Positions 59,997-64,000 of a stretch of DNA of 64,000 nucleotides are shown in pieces; positions within the stretch are counted from its first letter, which is position 1; each line of letters opens with the position of its first letter. This stretch comes from Candidatus Cloacimonadales bacterium. GTDB lineage: Bacteria; Cloacimonadota; Cloacimonadia; Cloacimonadales; JAIOQZ01. Below the pieces are notes generated by a model, which saw only the letters and a program-made list of their open reading frames with translations, had not been told where the DNA came from and did not search any database. The stretch is taken from positions 2,688,001 through 2,752,000 of the forward strand of contig OY762463.1 in assembly GCA_963665815.1 (NCBI GenBank). Reading direction: 5' to 3'. A program made the position numbers and the translations under genes.

Positions 59997-62208
59997 TTGA
60001 TCTCCATTTTTGTATCAGGCTTTTTACAGCAGTTTTAATCTTTTCGGCTTTCTCAGGGAAACAATATGCAAGATACTTAACCTTTGAAAACAAGATAAAT
60101 ATAATTGATAACAAAATCAAAATATTCTGTAGAAATGTCCACACCTTATTATCGTGATGTATAATTCTGAAATTAATATTATGATTACCGGGGTTAACAG
60201 GAAAACCTACCAGACAGTGATTAACAGGGATGTACCCTGAATTTTTTCCATCAACTCTCAACGAATATAATCCTTCAAAATAGTTTTTCGCCAGAACAAC
60301 AAATGCAGTGTCTTTAACATTTATCTCAAAGGAAACAGAATTTTCTACCAGCTTAATATCTTTAATATCTACACTGTCTGAATAACTTCTGCAGTATAAA
60401 GAATCATTCACAACAAAAGCTCTTTCGGCAATATTATCCGTAAAGACAAGACTATCGAGTACATCATCAACAGAATTACAGTTTACAAGCTCTGTAACTA
60501 TTCTTACAATAGGCAGTCTGTCCGTATTTTCATACATAATCAGTTCATTTTCTCTGTCATACTCAACATATTTCAGGTTTTGAAGTTTCAATTTCATGTT
60601 GAACAGGATATACTTCACATTTAGCATGTTTATAATATTCCAGTTGAAGGGGTCTCCGGTAATTCTTTGTTTATCAACCAGCTTTTCTGTTACTCTTCTG
60701 TATCGGGATGAAATAAAATCAGTATTACCATTCAACATTTTGAGATGATCAGCTCGAGGATCACTGTAAAAATCCTTTCCCGGATAAAAGAAATATCCAT
60801 CCTCTGTGTTATAGCCCTCAAGTTTACTGCTATGGAATACTAATTCTTCATCTCTTGAACTGTCCCTATTATCCAGATTGTAATTGACATTCATGAAAAG
60901 GAATTCAGAGAAGATTACAACTGCACACAATAAAAGAAGCAGAGATCCGGGTATTTTTCTGTGAATAAATGCAAACAATCCCAGAAGCATAATACATGAA
61001 ACCGGATAGAAAAAAAGTGAATTTCTGAATATCAAACCGTTTACCGTGGTTTCACTTACAAATAGATATGAAATCAGATTAAGTATGAAAAATCCAACAA
61101 TAACAGCTGCTGAGATAAGAATACTCATTGGCTTTGCGATAATCACATAGTTATTGCTGAGATCTGAAAACCAGTCATTGATATAAAATATCAGTAATAA
61201 ACCGCAAAATAGAAATAACTCACTTGCTGAATGACTTTCCGTTTTTATGTTAATAACAAAATTTACAACAATTAGTATCGAAATGTAAAGAAGTGGTTTT
61301 ACAGATTTCTTGAATGATGTCAGAGAATACACAAGCAGTAAAGTAAATAAAAGTAAAGATATTCCTACCCCTGAGGTTATACTGAATAGAGCTTTCAAGT
61401 TCAGAGGTAAATTGATCAGTGAATATACTTTCTCAGACATACTGTTAACCTGGTTAACTCCATTGAATACAAAATGTACTAATTCCAATTGTTTAATGGT
61501 TATAGAATTCTTTGACCATGTAATTATGAGATTAGGGAGAATAACCAATACCGACAGAAAATAGAAGCCCAGCTTTTTTAGATATACCTTCATTCTCTTT
61601 TTTCTCAGTGAATCGACAGAATTCCAGAGAATTGCAATCAGTGAAAAAGATATTGTGAATATTGAAATTCTGACGTTATTGGAATAAGCAGTTAAGATGA
61701 AATTGAACAGGAAGAACCCCATCCTCGTAAGTGAAAACTTACTTATATAAAGATAGAGAGAAAGAATAAACCATGGTAGAAAAGCAGCAGATTCAACCAG
61801 AATCATATTTTCCTGTTTTAATAGCGGAAGAACATAAAGAAGCAGATACATTATTCCCAGTAAAACAGCAATTACAGAATCCCTTGATTTCAGACTGACT
61901 ATTGTATAAACACCGAATACTGCCAATACCGGTAATATCCATTGAGCCCCAAAACAATTGATAATACCTGTTATTATCGAGTTGATTGACATCACCCCAT
62001 CATTAACACTTATTAAATCAGGAGTACCGAAAAAGGAATTATCATTCCAGTTACTGCTTGTTATGCTGTTGTCTGTATTCTGACAGCTGAACAGAATATT
62101 TTTATTGGTTTCAGAAGCAAAAAACAGAGTTATCGTCATCAGTATAAGAAGACATACTGCATGCTTTATTGATCTGTTTCTTACTTCCGAATCATAGATG
62201 AATTTCAT
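59983..62208 (-). CDS. YfhO-like multi-pass membrane protein (putative GT-C glycosyltransferase)
   Basis: Many TM helices, FLPWF, NMLNVKYI, ENTDRLP, VDG....PVN....F.V.PG.H.I.F C-terminal pattern. Confidence 0.6.
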   Translation of the reverse strand: MKFIYDSEVRNRSIKHAVCLLILMTITLFFASETNKNILFSCQNTDNSITSSNWNDNSFFGTPDLISVNDGVMSINSIITGIINCFGAQWILPVLAVFGVYTIVSLKSRDSVIAVLLGIMYLLLYVLPLLKQENMILVESAAFLPWFILSLYLYISKFSLTRMGFFLFNFILTAYSNNVRISIFTISFSLIAILWNSVDSLRKKRMKVYLKKLGFYFLSVLVILPNLIITWSKNSITIKQLELVHFVFNGVNQVNSMSEKVYSLINLPLNLKALFSITSGVGISLLLFTLLLVYSLTSFKKSVKPLLYISILIVVNFVINIKTESHSASELFLFCGLLLIFYINDWFSDLSNNYVIIAKPMSILISAAVIVGFFILNLISYLFVSETTVNGLIFRNSLFFYPVSCIMLLGLFAFIHRKIPGSLLLLLCAVVIFSEFLFMNVNYNLDNRDSSRDEELVFHSSKLEGYNTEDGYFFYPGKDFYSDPRADHLKMLNGNTDFISSRYRRVTEKLVDKQRITGDPFNWNIINMLNVKYILFNMKLKLQNLKYVEYDRENELIMYENTDRLPIVRIVTELVNCNSVDDVLDSLVFTDNIAERAFVVNDSLYCRSYSDSVDIKDIKLVENSVSFEINVKDTAFVVLAKNYFEGLYSLRVDGKNSGYIPVNHCLVGFPVNPGNHNINFRIIHHDNKVWTFLQNILILLSIIFILFSKVKYLAYCFPEKAEKIKTAVKSLIQKWRSNGKT

Positions 62209-62384
62209 AATTTGCGAATTATCCTGAATATAGTTTATATGTCAATAAACCATTAACAATTGCAAAAGCAAAGAAATTTCTTGAATAAAATAAATCATAA
62301 TTATTTATGACTTTAAGAGATCTTTAACGTGTGAGTAATTGATATTCTGCATTAGAAAGATCTTAATAAGAAACAGGAATACAG

Positions 62385-62879
62385 ATGAAAAAAGTCCTAA
62401 TTTTGATTTTTGTACTGTTATCAGTATATTGCTATAGTTTCGAAACAGGAAAGAATCCAAAACTTTCTGCCGTGTTGTCTCTCAGTTTACCGGGTGGAGG
62501 ACAATTCTATAATGAAAAACCGTGGAAAGGAGCTCTTGCCGTTGGTATAGAGTCTTTTCTGATATATAAGATGATTGATACGGGAAACTTTATTGATGAC
62601 TTGAAATCAGATATCAGAAAATATGAAAATATACTGGCAGAAGGTAATCTTTCCGATGATCAGATAACAATGTACAAAGTTATGATAGAAGGAAAAAGAG
62701 CTAAATATAATAGAAACAAAAACCGACAGGATAATCATTACTGGTGGATGGGAGGAACAATATTCCTTTCAGTAATTGATGCTTATGTTGATGCTCATTT
62801 GTACAACTACAACGAAAAAAAGAGAAATCTCCGGTTGAACTTTTCAGCAAACTCCGTTAGTTTATCTTATAGTTTCTGA
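62385..62879 (+). CDS. DUF5683-like exported/membrane protein
   Basis: SAVLSLSLPGGGQFYN..WK and IDAYVDAHL motifs. Confidence 0.75.
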   Translation: MKKVLILIFVLLSVYCYSFETGKNPKLSAVLSLSLPGGGQFYNEKPWKGALAVGIESFLIYKMIDTGNFIDDLKSDIRKYENILAEGNLSDDQITMYKVMIEGKRAKYNRNKNRQDNHYWWMGGTIFLSVIDAYVDAHLYNYNEKKRNLRLNFSANSVSLSYSF

Positions 62880-62955
62880 CTCAGTAGCTAAGATGGAATA
62901 CTTTTTGCTTTAATAAACGTTAAATAACACAAAAATAACATATATGGGGAAGGAT

Positions 62956-64000
62956 ATGAAACGTTATTTACTATTAATAGTGGCAATTGCTGTATCAACA
63001 GCATTATTTTCTGCTTATTTCGAGAACATACCAAAAACGCTTGAGCAGCCGGATGGTACAAAATTCAAATGTTTTATTTCAGGAGACGAGTTTTTTAACA
63101 GATACCATGATGAAAATGGTTACACAATAATCAGAGGAAAAGAAGGCTTCTTCTGTTATGCTGTTAAAAATGGAGAAAATATTGTGGCATCCGATTATAT
63201 TGTTGGTTCTGTAAATCCGCAATCTGTTGGAATATCACCTGATGTAATTATTTCGCCTGAAGAGTATCAAGCCAGACGTGACAGATTTTATGCACCAACC
63301 ATAATTGAAAGAAATGAGCGTCCGGCAGATGATCACATTAACAATATCGTTGTATTTATCAGATTCAGCGATCAGACAGAATTTGATACACCATTATCTA
63401 CATTCGACACAAATTTCAATGATACAACTACTGTTTCTTTAAGAGATTACTATCGTGAAGTTACTTATGGACAGCTTGAAGTTACCAGTACATATTATCC
63501 TGTACCGACAGGCAGTACAGTATTGTCTTACCAGGATACACATTCCAGAGATTACTTTATGCCTTATGATTCCAATACAAACACAAATGGATACCAGAAT
63601 GATCAAGAAAAGACATCGCGAGAGCACAATCTTCTCAGGGATGCTGTTAATACTGTAAGTTCTCAGATTCCAACCAGCTTGAATCTGGATTATAATAATG
63701 ATAATCTTGTAGATAATGTCTGCTTCATCGTCAGAGGTGATCAGGAAGGTTGGGCAGATCTTCTTTGGGCTCACAGATGGTCACTGTACTCCCATGATGT
63801 ATTTATCAATGGAAAGAGAGTTTTTGACTATACATTCCAGCCTGAGCCTCAATCATCTGTAAATACACTTTGTCATGAGATGTTCCATGTACTATCAGCA
63901 CCCGATCTTTATCATTATAATTATGATGGATTTACTCCTGTTGGACCATGGGATTTGATGTCCAGCGGTTTCGGTCATATGATGGCATATATGAAATACA
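62956..64000 (+). CDS. M6 family (immune inhibitor A-like) secreted metalloprotease, runs off window end (absent from ORF track)
   Basis: Manual translation MKRYLLLIVAIAVSTALFSAYFENIPKTLEQPDG...GDEF; IRFSD, LWAHRW, CHEMFHVLSAPDLY (HExxH), GPWDLM. Confidence 0.9.
   Translation, partial: MKRYLLLIVAIAVSTALFSAYFENIPKTLEQPDGTKFKCFISGDEFFNRYHDENGYTIIRGKEGFFCYAVKNGENIVASDYIVGSVNPQSVGISPDVIISPEEYQARRDRFYAPTIIERNERPADDHINNIVVFIRFSDQTEFDTPLSTFDTNFNDTTTVSLRDYYREVTYGQLEVTSTYYPVPTGSTVLSYQDTHSRDYFMPYDSNTNTNGYQNDQEKTSREHNLLRDAVNTVSSQIPTSLNLDYNNDNLVDNVCFIVRGDQEGWADLLWAHRWSLYSHDVFINGKRVFDYTFQPEPQSSVNTLCHEMFHVLSAPDLYHYNYDGFTPVGPWDLMSSGFGHMMAYMKY

Noticed and set aside
63439-63774. Short ORFs 63439-63774(-) and 63455-63658(+)
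   Set aside because: Shadows of the M6 protease frame

Overview
AT-rich bacterial chromosomal window, probably from Cloacimonadota or a related FCB-group lineage. This is inferred from several secreted proteins ending in the FlgD-Ig-like 'PNPFNPxTxI...IYNxKGQxV' C-terminal sorting domain. Housekeeping and metabolic genes include sugar ABC permeases, a ferredoxin, a stand-alone groL with a CIRCE operator, rpmB, rarA, rsmI, an ECF-sigma/Spy operon and a poly-HAMP MCP. They are interspersed with accessory modules: (i) McrBC; (ii) a 2-hydroxyethylphosphonate cluster (CTase-PepM fusion, phosphonopyruvate decarboxylase, phosphonoacetaldehyde reductase) coupled to a TagF-like transferase and an unusual YidC/sulfatase-superfamily fusion; (iii) AbiEi-AbiEii plus an orphan RES-domain gene followed by structured non-coding DNA; (iv) a Sec-signal 2x[4Fe-4S] ferredoxin fused to a C-terminal sorting domain, and lipoproteins made only of that domain; (v) an NLR-like CHAT-STAND-TPR gene with ten near-identical 120-bp repeats showing modular variable positions, bracketed by exact 28-bp REP-like inverted repeats and 65-bp direct repeats. 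A candidate ~155-nt ncRNA lies at 33510-33664. No tRNA, rRNA, CRISPR array, transposase or reverse transcriptase was recognised. All functional calls come from motif recognition by eye, not database searches.
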